From Nannocystis bainbridge (lineage in GTDB: Bacteria > Myxococcota_A > Polyangia > Nannocystales > Nannocystaceae), in contig NZ_JAQNDL010000001.1 of NCBI RefSeq assembly GCF_028368995.1, forward strand, positions 3,392,001 through 3,456,000: a stretch of 64,000 nt of DNA, in the 5' to 3' direction. The position numbers and the translations under genes were made by a program. Numbering within the stretch: position 1 is the stretch's first letter; each line of letters opens with the position of its first letter. The notes under the pieces are model-generated. The model worked only from the letters and a program-made list of their open reading frames with translations, did not search any database and had not been told where the DNA came from. This document shows, one piece after another, positions 39,462 through 48,150 of the stretch.

Positions 39462-41129
39462 TCAGCCCTCGGCGCGCCAGCCGCGGAGCAGCGGCGGGTG
39501 GCCGCACGAGGCTCGCGAGCGGTAGCGCAGCTTGCCGGCGACCCCGGCGATCGCGGCCTTGTGGGCCTCGTAGTCGTCGGCCGCCAGCAGCAGCCCGACC
39601 TGGCGCTCGCCCTGCGAGCGGACCTCGCCGAGCAGCAGCGAGCCGAGGCCGCCGGCCAGGGCCGTGCGCAGCTCGGGCGCGCCGACCTCCGGGCTGTCCT
39701 CCGCGACCGTGTAGAGCTGGACATAGACCTGCGAGCAGGTCTCGTCGCCGGCCCGCGGGCTGCGGCGCGGCAGCAGGTCCTGCTGGGCCGCGTGGATCTG
39801 GCCGTCGTCGTACAGCGCCAGCGGGGCCGTCGCCGCCGGGCCGCTGCGCAGGACCGCGTGGTACGGCGAAGCTGTGCCATCGGCCAACAGCAGGTTGGCG
39901 TTGACCCACAGCGACCCGGCGTCGTCGCGGCCGATCGCCCGCGGCGACGGCGTCATCGCGCTGGCCGGCGCCGGATCGGAGGCCCACGTGCCGGCGGTCT
40001 GGTCCCAGAACCAGCTCGAGGCCAGCTGCACCGGCGCCAGCTCGACGCGCTCCCACGTGTCCCAATCGCCGCCGGCGTGGATCCGCCACAAACTGTCGGC
40101 GGGCCCGCTCTCGTCGACCACGGCGAAGATCGCCGGCTCGGGCGTCTCGACCAGCGACACCACCGAGCCGCGCACCGGCGGTGGGTCGAGCAGGTGCCAC
40201 GACGTGCCGTCGAAGCGGGCCACGTACGGCACCATCTCTTCGCCGATCTCGACCCCGTCCCCCACCAGCACCTGCCCGCCGCTCTCGACCAGCGTCGCCA
40301 CCTGCTTCGGCGCCCGCGACTCGAGCCCCGGCAGCGGCGCGAAGATCCCCGTGGTGTCGCTCGGGCCCCAGCGCATCATCCCCGACAACATCCCCGGCAG
40401 CCCGCCAGCGTCGGCCGGGCTGGCGGCCACCGACGCGAACAGCTCGCCGCTCGGCAGCCCCGCCACCCGCGACGGCCGCGGCGCCTCGCGCAGGCTCGCC
40501 ACCTCGAGCCGCGGCCGGGCCGGGCGCGCGCCGTCGTCGTCGAGCACCACCAGCGACGGTGCCCCGTCGCCGCCCGCGAGCAGCGCGATGGCGTCGCCAT
40601 CGGGCCACGTCGCATAGTCCATGTAGTAAGCCCCCGGGGCGCTCGGGTCGGGCTCGTGCGGCGCCCATGAATTCTCACGCCGGCGATACACCCGGTGCGC
40701 GGGATCGGCCCCGGTGCGAGCGACCGTCAACCACAAGTCGTCGTCGCGCCCGCCGATCGCGCGCACCTGCCAGCTCGCCTCCGGCTCGGCCGCTTGCAGG
40801 CCGTGGAGCCAGGATGTCTCTTGGGCCAGGTTGTTGTCGGACGCGGCGCGGGCCAGCAGCACGCCGCCGGTCAGCACGACCTCGCCGTCGCCGAGGCGGT
40901 GCAGCCCGATCGGGCCGCGGCGGGTGGCCACGGGCTGCAGCTCGACCTTGATCGTGCGCGGGCCGATCGGCTCGTCGTCGAGGGCGGCGTCGGGCTTGGT
41001 GCCGACGGTCGGGCTCTTGGTCGGTGCGGCCGTCTTGACCGGCGCGGGCGCGTGGGTGTCGCACGCGCTCAGGGCGAGCGCGACGAGCAGGGCGGTTCGC
41101 GCTGGGCGCGGGCTGGGGTGGGCTGGCAT
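39462..41129 (-). CDS. Hypothetical lipoprotein
   Basis: Lipobox LSAC; propeller-like repeats; normal codon bias. Confidence 0.7.
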   Translation of the reverse strand: MPAHPSPRPARTALLVALALSACDTHAPAPVKTAAPTKSPTVGTKPDAALDDEPIGPRTIKVELQPVATRRGPIGLHRLGDGEVVLTGGVLLARAASDNNLAQETSWLHGLQAAEPEASWQVRAIGGRDDDLWLTVARTGADPAHRVYRRRENSWAPHEPDPSAPGAYYMDYATWPDGDAIALLAGGDGAPSLVVLDDDGARPARPRLEVASLREAPRPSRVAGLPSGELFASVAASPADAGGLPGMLSGMMRWGPSDTTGIFAPLPGLESRAPKQVATLVESGGQVLVGDGVEIGEEMVPYVARFDGTSWHLLDPPPVRGSVVSLVETPEPAIFAVVDESGPADSLWRIHAGGDWDTWERVELAPVQLASSWFWDQTAGTWASDPAPASAMTPSPRAIGRDDAGSLWVNANLLLADGTASPYHAVLRSGPAATAPLALYDDGQIHAAQQDLLPRRSPRAGDETCSQVYVQLYTVAEDSPEVGAPELRTALAGGLGSLLLGEVRSQGERQVGLLLAADDYEAHKAAIAGVAGKLRYRSRASCGHPPLLRGWRAEG

Positions 41130-41204
41130 CTTCGCTCCCGCCCATCGTACCGAAAAATCTCGTCCGCGCGCGGCGCCGTGCGACCCGAAGCGCGCGCGGG
41201 CGCA

Positions 41205-42410
41205 CTAATCGGCGTGGAGCACCACGCGCTCCCAGTCGACGCTGCCGTTGAGGGCGAGCGTCGCCCCGCAGCGGTAGCCGCCGTTGATCGTGCCGCCGCC
41301 GGTGTGGAAGCACAGGCGCCGCTCCGGGTTGACGTTGCCGGTGTCGCAGCTGTTGCGCGTGATCGGGTCGCCCTCGACCGCGAAGCCCCACGAGTACGCG
41401 TCGCTGTAGTACCAGCCGGTCCCGTTGGCCACCGTCGGCGTGTTGCTCTGGCCGGTGTCGGCCGTCACCAGCGCGCGCGGCCCGTGGGCCAGCAGCGTGT
41501 ACGTCCCGCTGCCGCTCGGGCGGCACGCCAGCATCAGGTTGGCCTTGCCGCACTGCTGGAGGATCTGCGGCATGGACGTGCCGTTGTGGCCGAACTGGTC
41601 GACGTAGCAGACCTCCCAGCCGACCACCGACGCCGACTGCACGTTCTGCTGCGGCCCGAACGCGTTGTACTTGTTGATCACCGTCTTCTTGCAGTCGGGC
41701 TCGCAGCCGTCGCCCGGGACCTGGTTGCCGTCCTCGCACTCCTCGGTGCCGAGCCACAGGATGCCGTCGCCGCACACCGCGTTCTTGCAGCTCGCCGTGC
41801 ACGCGTCGGTGTTCTCGGCGTTGCCGTCGTCGCACTCCTCGACGCCCATCATCACGATCCCGTCGCCGCAGCCGGCCAGGGCGCACAGGCTGGTGCACGC
41901 GTCGGCGTCGTCGGCGTTGCCGTCGTCGCACGCCTCGAGGCCGACGTGGACCACCCCGTCACCGCACTCGGCCCCGGTGCACATGTTGGTGCAGTCGTCG
42001 CCGTCGATGCCGTTGCCGTCGTCGCACTCCTCGGTGCCGGCCAGCACGAAGCCGTCGCCGCAGGTCGCGAACTTGCACGAGTTGGTGCAGGCGTCGTTGT
42101 TGAGCACGTTGCCGTCGTCGCACAGCTCGCCCGGGTCGAGCTGGCCGTCGCCGCACTTGGGCCCCCCGGTGGTGTTCTGGCTGCCGCTCGCCTCGCTCGT
42201 GCTCTCGGTCTCGTCCGCGGTCGTCGAGCTGCCGGTCGTCGTCGAGGTCGAGGGCGGCTCGGTGGTCGTCACCTCGGGGCCCGTGGTCGTCGTCGTCGTC
42301 GACGGGGCCGTCGTCTCGGTCCCGACCGCGCCGGTGTCGAGCTCGCTCCCCTTCGCGCACCCACCCGCCGCCGCGCCGGCCAGCAGCGCCCCAAGCCAAA
42401 GCCTTCGCAT
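41205..42410 (-). CDS. Lipoprotein with Myxococcus Cys-rich (DUF4215) repeats
   Basis: Five CGDG...E.C.DGN...D.C repeats after a Thr-rich stalk. Confidence 0.9.
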   Translation of the reverse strand: MRRLWLGALLAGAAAGGCAKGSELDTGAVGTETTAPSTTTTTTGPEVTTTEPPSTSTTTGSSTTADETESTSEASGSQNTTGGPKCGDGQLDPGELCDDGNVLNNDACTNSCKFATCGDGFVLAGTEECDDGNGIDGDDCTNMCTGAECGDGVVHVGLEACDDGNADDADACTSLCALAGCGDGIVMMGVEECDDGNAENTDACTASCKNAVCGDGILWLGTEECEDGNQVPGDGCEPDCKKTVINKYNAFGPQQNVQSASVVGWEVCYVDQFGHNGTSMPQILQQCGKANLMLACRPSGSGTYTLLAHGPRALVTADTGQSNTPTVANGTGWYYSDAYSWGFAVEGDPITRNSCDTGNVNPERRLCFHTGGGTINGGYRCGATLALNGSVDWERVVLHAD

Positions 42411-42499
42411 GCTTCAACTAGACCATTCGAGGCCCGGCTTGACAACGTTCGCGACCGCGCGCGCGCGGTCGCGCCATCGCCTGACCCGAAGGACAGGCG

Positions 42500-44095
42500 C
42501 TACCACAACCCGGCCGCGCGCAGCTGCTGCAGCGCCCGCTGCAGCACCTCTTCGGGCGGCCCCCCGCCGTCGATCTCCGCGGCGATCGCCGCGTGCTCGG
42601 GGCGCAGCGGCTGCCACGCGGACCGCGCCTGCAGGTACACCGTCACGTCCGCGTCCGACACGTCACCTGTCCTGCGGGACAGGCGCTCGCGGACCGTCGC
42701 CTCGTCGGCGGTGCACACCAGGATCTGCGCCGGCACCCCGAGCGCCTCGGCCAGCGCGACGAACGGGGCGCGCTGCGAGTCGAGCTTGAAGTTGGCGTCG
42801 ACGACCACGCGCTCGCCCTCCGACAGGCGGGCCTCGGTCAGCTCGCGGCAGACCTCGTAGGTGCGCTCGGTCCACGCCGGCGTGTACACCGAAGCGTCGG
42901 CCGGGGCCTCGCTCGGCAGGCCCGCCAGCTGCTTGCGGACCGCGTCGGAGCGGACCCACGAGAAGCCCTCGCCGGCCAGCGCGCGCGCCAGCGTCGACTT
43001 GCCGGTCCCGGGCAGGCCCATCACCAGCAGCAGGCACGGGGCCAGCGCCGGCGCCTGCAGCTCGCGCAGGGCCAGCAGCAGGTAGCGGCGGGCTCGCGCC
43101 TCGGCCACCCGCGCCTCCGCCTCGGGCACCTCCGCCTCGCGGGCCTTGAACGCCTCGACCTTGGCCCGCACCGTCGCGCGGTAGGCCACGTACAGCGGCA
43201 GCAGCGCGCGCCCCTCGCTCGCCTCGTCCTCGGGCGCCGCCGCGAAGTAGCCCTCGGCCAGCGCGTCGGCCAGGTCGCGCCGGCCGACCTCGCGCAGGTC
43301 CATCACCAAAAACGCCAGATCGGCCACCGGGTCGGCGCAGCGGAACTGCTCGCCGAACTCGATGCAGTCGATCACCAGCAGGTCTTCGGGCGCCTCGCGC
43401 TCCGGGGACCAGTACACGTGCTCGAGCCGCAGATCGCCGTGGGTGTCGCGCGGCACGTGCCGGCGCGCGCGCCCGTCGATCGCCGCGTGCCCGCGGGCCA
43501 GCGCCTCCTCCGTGGCCCGCTCGACCCGCGTCAGCAGCTGCTCCGTCACCACCCCGAGCCCCGCCAGCTGCACGAAATTCTGGCGGCAGTTGCCGGCCAC
43601 CGCCGCGAACGTCGCCCACGCCGACACCGCCGGCCCGCGCCGCGCCCGCGCGTGGAAGCCCGCGATCGTCGCCCCGAGCCGCTGCATCAGCCCCGCGTCG
43701 GCCTCGCCGGCGGCCACGCGCGCGCCGAGCCGGGCCGCGTCGGGCAGCCGCCGCATGTGCACCACCCAGTCGACCACCTCGAGGTCGCCGCCCTCGTCGA
43801 GCTCGCGGCCGACCTTCAGCGCGTCGTCGATCTGTACGACGGGCAATGTCCCGAAGTACACGTCAGGCGCGAGCCGGCGGTTGAGCTCGACCTCGAGCTG
43901 ACAGAAGTGGCGCCGGCGCGACAGCGTCGAGTAGTCGAGGAACTCGAGGTCGACCGGCTTCTTCAGCTTGTAGACGTCGTCCTCGACCAGGAACACCACC
44001 GAGACGTGGGTCTGGACCACCTCGACGCGGACCCCCTCGGCCCGCCCGAAGGCGCGGGGATCCGAGAGGGCTTCGATCAGCGCGGCGAGCTCCAT
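42500..44095 (-). CDS. Aminoglycoside-phosphotransferase-like plus AAA_33 kinase fusion
   Basis: QTHVS.VFL, YKLKKPV...FLDYSTL, E..LNRRLAP, HGDLRLEH, DCIEF; GLPGTGKST, RSDAVRK, SDAD. Confidence 0.9.
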   Translation of the reverse strand: MELAALIEALSDPRAFGRAEGVRVEVVQTHVSVVFLVEDDVYKLKKPVDLEFLDYSTLSRRRHFCQLEVELNRRLAPDVYFGTLPVVQIDDALKVGRELDEGGDLEVVDWVVHMRRLPDAARLGARVAAGEADAGLMQRLGATIAGFHARARRGPAVSAWATFAAVAGNCRQNFVQLAGLGVVTEQLLTRVERATEEALARGHAAIDGRARRHVPRDTHGDLRLEHVYWSPEREAPEDLLVIDCIEFGEQFRCADPVADLAFLVMDLREVGRRDLADALAEGYFAAAPEDEASEGRALLPLYVAYRATVRAKVEAFKAREAEVPEAEARVAEARARRYLLLALRELQAPALAPCLLLVMGLPGTGKSTLARALAGEGFSWVRSDAVRKQLAGLPSEAPADASVYTPAWTERTYEVCRELTEARLSEGERVVVDANFKLDSQRAPFVALAEALGVPAQILVCTADEATVRERLSRRTGDVSDADVTVYLQARSAWQPLRPEHAAIAAEIDGGGPPEEVLQRALQQLRAAGLW

Positions 44096-44227
44096 GGCGT
44101 CCTCGAAGGCTGCCACGGCCGGCCCCCGCCCGTCCATGTGCGAGTGTCACGATCGCACGCTCCCGCGATCGCGTATCGCCCGATGACGGCGACCTCACGC
44201 GCTCGCCGGGCGCCGCGAACGCCGACC

Positions 44228-45709
44228 TCACGGCAGCAGCCGCAGCGCCTCGAGCCGGCGGACCACCCGTTGATTGACGTCGGGCACGAAGCAGGTCGAG
44301 TGCTCGTGCGCCCCGACGTCCTCGGCGAGCGCCAGCCGCGGCGGCGCCGCGCCGGCCCAGTGTCCGCTCACGCCGGCGTCGAGCCCCTGGGCGCTGACGA
44401 TCGGCACCGTGCCGTCGCCCCCGCCGGCCACCGGCACCGCCCGGCGCCCCCGCGGCAGGTCCCAGCGGTACGCCGTCTCGGTCGCCATGCCCCCGGCGTA
44501 CAGCATGAACGTGCGCGGGTGCGCGTAGCCGGCCAGCATGCGGTGCAGCGCTTGCGCGCAGCCGACCCCGCCCCGCAGCGTCGCCCGGTAGACGTCCCAC
44601 CGCGCCAGCGCCCGGGCCGCGCGGGCCCGGTCGGCCCGCAGCCGCATCTCGTGGAACTCGGGGAAGCGCCCGTCCCACTCGTCGTCGAGCTGGATGAGCC
44701 GCGCCTCCGAGGCCCGCGTCAGCGCGTCGGGCGCGTCGCCGAGGCCCTCGCCGAGCAGCGTCTGCAGGTCGGCCGCCGGCAGCTCCGGCACCACGCTGCG
44801 CGGCCCGCCGGACAGGTACTCGGCGTAGATGTCGGCCGCCGGGGCCACCTGTCCCGAAGGACCGGTGAGCCAACCCTCGTAGACCTGGTTCGGCATCAGC
44901 TGCAGCGGCCCCTCGGTCCCGCTCATCAGCATCGTGTAGCCCCACCAGGTCCCGCCGAGGATCCCGGCGAAGATCTTGCCCTCGAGCCCGGTCGCCCGCT
45001 CGTTGCCGAGGCCCTCGACGAACCGGCGGTAGGCCACCACCGCGCCGTTGCACGGCTGGACCACGTGGACCACGCCCTTGACCAGGTTGGCGACGCCGCA
45101 GCCGGCCGGCGCGCAGGCGTAGCGGGCCACCAGCCCGCCCATGCTGTGCGTCACCAGCACCACCTTGTCGACGCCGTGCTTGTCGAGCACATAGCGGATC
45201 CGCCGCGCCAGCAGCGTCGCCCCGTTCGAGACCGTGCGCCGCCAGTCGTAGCCGAACGCGTACACCGGGTGCGCGCCGGCGGCGTAGGTCCCGCTGTTGA
45301 ACGCGACCTCGAGCGCCTTGAGGATCGCGTAGTAATAGCCCTGCGACACCCCGCCCCAGCCGCGCTGGCGGCCGTAGAAGCCCGGGTCGCCGTTCGGATC
45401 GACCGCGCGCCAGATCTTCTCGAGCTCCTTGTCCCACGCGATCGAGTCGCTGAGGACCTCGCCGATCCCGGTGTGCACGCTGAGCAATTCGGCCGCCCGC
45501 TCGGCCGAGCGCATCGACCAGCCGATCAGGTTCTTCTTGCTGTCCGGGTCCCACAGCTCGTTGTGCGCCGTCAGGCGCAGGCGCGAGCCCATCACCCCCG
45601 GCACGAACACGATCGGCAGCGGCTTGCCGGTGCGCAGCGTGTTCTCCTTGCCCTGCTCGAAGATCCGCGCCGCCTCGATCTCGCGCACCGTCAGCTGGTC
45701 GTCCGCCAT
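44228..45709 (-). CDS. Alpha/beta-hydrolase lipase (LCAT/PGAP1-like), putative T6SS effector
   Basis: PIVFVPGVMGSRL, GYDWR, THSMGGL, GDGTVP, HEH. Confidence 0.85.
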   Translation of the reverse strand: MADDQLTVREIEAARIFEQGKENTLRTGKPLPIVFVPGVMGSRLRLTAHNELWDPDSKKNLIGWSMRSAERAAELLSVHTGIGEVLSDSIAWDKELEKIWRAVDPNGDPGFYGRQRGWGGVSQGYYYAILKALEVAFNSGTYAAGAHPVYAFGYDWRRTVSNGATLLARRIRYVLDKHGVDKVVLVTHSMGGLVARYACAPAGCGVANLVKGVVHVVQPCNGAVVAYRRFVEGLGNERATGLEGKIFAGILGGTWWGYTMLMSGTEGPLQLMPNQVYEGWLTGPSGQVAPAADIYAEYLSGGPRSVVPELPAADLQTLLGEGLGDAPDALTRASEARLIQLDDEWDGRFPEFHEMRLRADRARAARALARWDVYRATLRGGVGCAQALHRMLAGYAHPRTFMLYAGGMATETAYRWDLPRGRRAVPVAGGGDGTVPIVSAQGLDAGVSGHWAGAAPPRLALAEDVGAHEHSTCFVPDVNQRVVRRLEALRLLP

Positions 45710-45718
45710 CCCCGCTCC

Positions 45719-46552
45719 TCAGTGTCGCGCCACGCTGGCGACCATCGCCGAAAACCCCGCCGCGCCGATCGCCTCGCGCTCGCGCTCGACCACCACCAGC
45801 CGCAGCGACAGCCCCGGCGCCGCGGCCACCCGCGCCCACGTCGATCCCAGCACCGTCCCGTACGGGTCGCAGCGGTCGAGCCGCCACGCGCCCCACACCG
45901 CCTCGGCGCTCGCCAGCAGCGTCTCGCCGGCCGCCAGCGGCACCACCACCAGCAGCTCGTCCGGCCCGGCGCCGCCCCACGCCTCGAACTCGGGCGCCCC
46001 GGGCATGTCCGAAGCGCCCTGGTCCAAGAGACAGATCACGAGCTCGCCGGCGGCCGCGAACCGGTACACCCGCGGCGGCCGCAGCCACGTCGGCAGCGCC
46101 AGCGGGGCCCCGAAGGCCCGCCGCTCGGCCCAGCCCGGCGGCAGCGAGCCGCCGCCGACGGCCGCGACCAGGGCCATGAACACGGTGTCGGCCCACTCGC
46201 GCGCGCTCTCGAAGCGCAGCGTCCACATCCGCCCCAGCGGGTCGCGCAGGGCCGCCACCCACACCCCGCCGACGATCTCCGGGTCGGTGATCGCCAGCGT
46301 GTGGGCCGGCCCGAGCCCGGTCTCGACCTGTCCTTCGGGCCAGCCCGGGTCGCCGCCGAGGGCCCGCGCCGCGCTCCTGCGGTTGGCCGCGATCAGGTCG
46401 GCCGGGCGCACGTCGGCCGGCAGCAGCTCGGTCTCGATCGTCAGCCGGTCCGCATCGCCGCCGCCGGCCTCCTCGAACACATAGCCGGTGCGGTCCTCCA
46501 GCTCGTCGGGCACGTCCACCGCGTACGGGTCGCACAGTCGCAGCACTTCCAC
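45719..46552 (-). CDS. Hypothetical protein, possible effector adaptor or immunity protein
   Basis: Co-directional and tightly packed between the LysM gene and the lipase; EDRTGY.F motif reminiscent of DcrB/DUF1795. Confidence 0.55.
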   Translation of the reverse strand: MEVLRLCDPYAVDVPDELEDRTGYVFEEAGGGDADRLTIETELLPADVRPADLIAANRRSAARALGGDPGWPEGQVETGLGPAHTLAITDPEIVGGVWVAALRDPLGRMWTLRFESAREWADTVFMALVAAVGGGSLPPGWAERRAFGAPLALPTWLRPPRVYRFAAAGELVICLLDQGASDMPGAPEFEAWGGAGPDELLVVVPLAAGETLLASAEAVWGAWRLDRCDPYGTVLGSTWARVAAAPGLSLRLVVVEREREAIGAAGFSAMVASVARH

Positions 46553-46553
46553 C

Positions 46554-47189
46554 TCACATCCCGTACAGCTCGCGCAGCTTGGCCTGCGTCGCCGCGTCGA
46601 GCTCGCCGCTCGCCGGCAGCCCCTCGCGCAGCTGCAGGCCCCACAGCGCCAGCGCCGTCGCGTCGTCGAGATCGCCGCTGACGCGCCCGTGATAGAGGCC
46701 GAGCTGCCGCAGCCGCGCCTGCGCCCCCGACACCTCCGACACCGGGTCGAGGTGCCCGAGTCGCAGCCGGTACATCAACTTGCGCTCGGGGAACTCGACC
46801 ACCGCCTCGGTCGCCTGGCTGCCGATCGGCTCGACCAGTCGTCCGTCGCCGTCGGTCACGCCCTCGCGGACGGGCTCTTCCATCCCTGTCACAAAGAACC
46901 TGTACGAAGCGCCAGCCACCGGTGCATCGCCCTCGACGAACCGCAGCCGCACCTCCGCGGCCGCCGGCGCCAGCTTGAACCTGTGCGACGCCCCGGTGGC
47001 CCGCGTCTCCCACTTCGGCGGCGGCTCCGGCACGAACAGCGCGTCGCCCGGCAGCAGCGCGCTCGGATCGCGGGCCCGCTCGCGCAGCGCCGCGTTGTTC
47101 GGGTGGTCCCACAGCTCGCGCCAGTCGACGCCGAGGCGCGCCGCGATGCTCCCCGCGCACTCTCCCTGCGCCACCCGGTGACTCGCCAT
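46554..47189 (-). CDS. LysM plus peptidoglycan-binding domain protein
   Basis: HRV.QGEC..SIA...G..W..LW.HP.N..L...P..L.PGD.LFVP; LDPV....G.QARL..LG; G.LD..T..AL..Q. Confidence 0.85.
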   Translation of the reverse strand: MASHRVAQGECAGSIAARLGVDWRELWDHPNNAALRERARDPSALLPGDALFVPEPPPKWETRATGASHRFKLAPAAAEVRLRFVEGDAPVAGASYRFFVTGMEEPVREGVTDGDGRLVEPIGSQATEAVVEFPERKLMYRLRLGHLDPVSEVSGAQARLRQLGLYHGRVSGDLDDATALALWGLQLREGLPASGELDAATQAKLRELYGM

Positions 47190-47293
47190 CGCCCCGCCAC
47201 GGTATCCGCCCGCCCCGCCCGCCGACAAGCCGGACCCGCCGCGCGCCCCCGCTCCGGGGCGCCTCCGCGCCCCGCGAAACCGCGCACGCAAAT

Positions 47294-47328
47294 CATATGT
47301 CCCTTCAGACATGTCCATGAGGACATTC
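47294..47328. repeat. GACATGTC 14-bp-period array
   Basis: Units at 47296, 47310 and 47324. Confidence 0.7.
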
Positions 47329-47491
47329 GATAATCACGCCCTGCGAGATCTCGCCGGACCGACTCACGCCGCTGCACAAAGGCAGAAGCGAGAGCAGCCG
47401 TCCGCTGCAGCGCGGCTTGCGAGCGTCGCCCGCAGCCCACACCGGCGGGCTGATTCGACCTCGACGATCGTGGTCCCGAACTCGCCCGCGC

Positions 47492-48031
47492 TCACTCGGC
47501 GGCCGACCACATGCTCGCGCCGCGCTTCGGGAACGTGACCTTGCACGACCCTGGCGGCAGCCCGCGCACCACCGCCTTGCCGTCGACGCCGAGCGAGCCG
47601 CGCAGCTGCCGGCCGTCGGCCAGCTCGATCACGTACGGCTCCCACGCCACTGGTGCCCCGTGATCGTCGACCAGCTCGAGCCCGATCCACTCGGTCTCGA
47701 CCAGCTTCGTATCGCCCTCCTCGGCCGCCGGCTCGCCCGCGCTGCGGCCCGCCTGACCGGACTCGCGCGCCGGCGCCTCGCGCTCGTGGACGATCTGCCC
47801 GCGCCGCAGCAGATCGATCAGCACCGTCTGCAGCGCCGCCCGCTCCAGCCGCGACGCATCGATCGCCGCCGCCGCGAACACCAGCCCGCGCAGCGCCGCA
47901 GCGGACTCGGGCGTCAGCGCCAGCGCCTCGATCGTGCGCGCTGCGACCTCGCGGCTCAGCCCCGCGCCGCGGCCGGCCGCGAACCACCATTGCTCGCCGA
48001 AGCGCCCTGCGATCGCCACCCGTCGGGCCAC
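47492..48031 (-). CDS. T6SS-associated protein with transthyretin-like C-terminal domain
   Basis: WI.LELVDD.G.PV..EPY.IEL.DG....G.L..DG.A....LPPG.C.VTFP. Confidence 0.65.
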   Translation of the reverse strand: MARRVAIAGRFGEQWWFAAGRGAGLSREVAARTIEALALTPESAAALRGLVFAAAAIDASRLERAALQTVLIDLLRRGQIVHEREAPARESGQAGRSAGEPAAEEGDTKLVETEWIGLELVDDHGAPVAWEPYVIELADGRQLRGSLGVDGKAVVRGLPPGSCKVTFPKRGASMWSAAE

Positions 48032-48150
48032 GCCGCGAATCTACACCAGCCGCCTCGCGCCCGCCGCGATCGAGACCGCGCCGCGCTCTCGCGCGCCTCA
48101 CTTCGACTCGCCGGCCGCTCGCCCGCGTGCAACACTGCTGCCGCGCCGCG

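Noticed and set aside
42593-46681. 1362-aa plus-strand ORF
   Set aside because: Arg/Pro-rich antisense shadow of the kinase, lipase and neighbouring genes.
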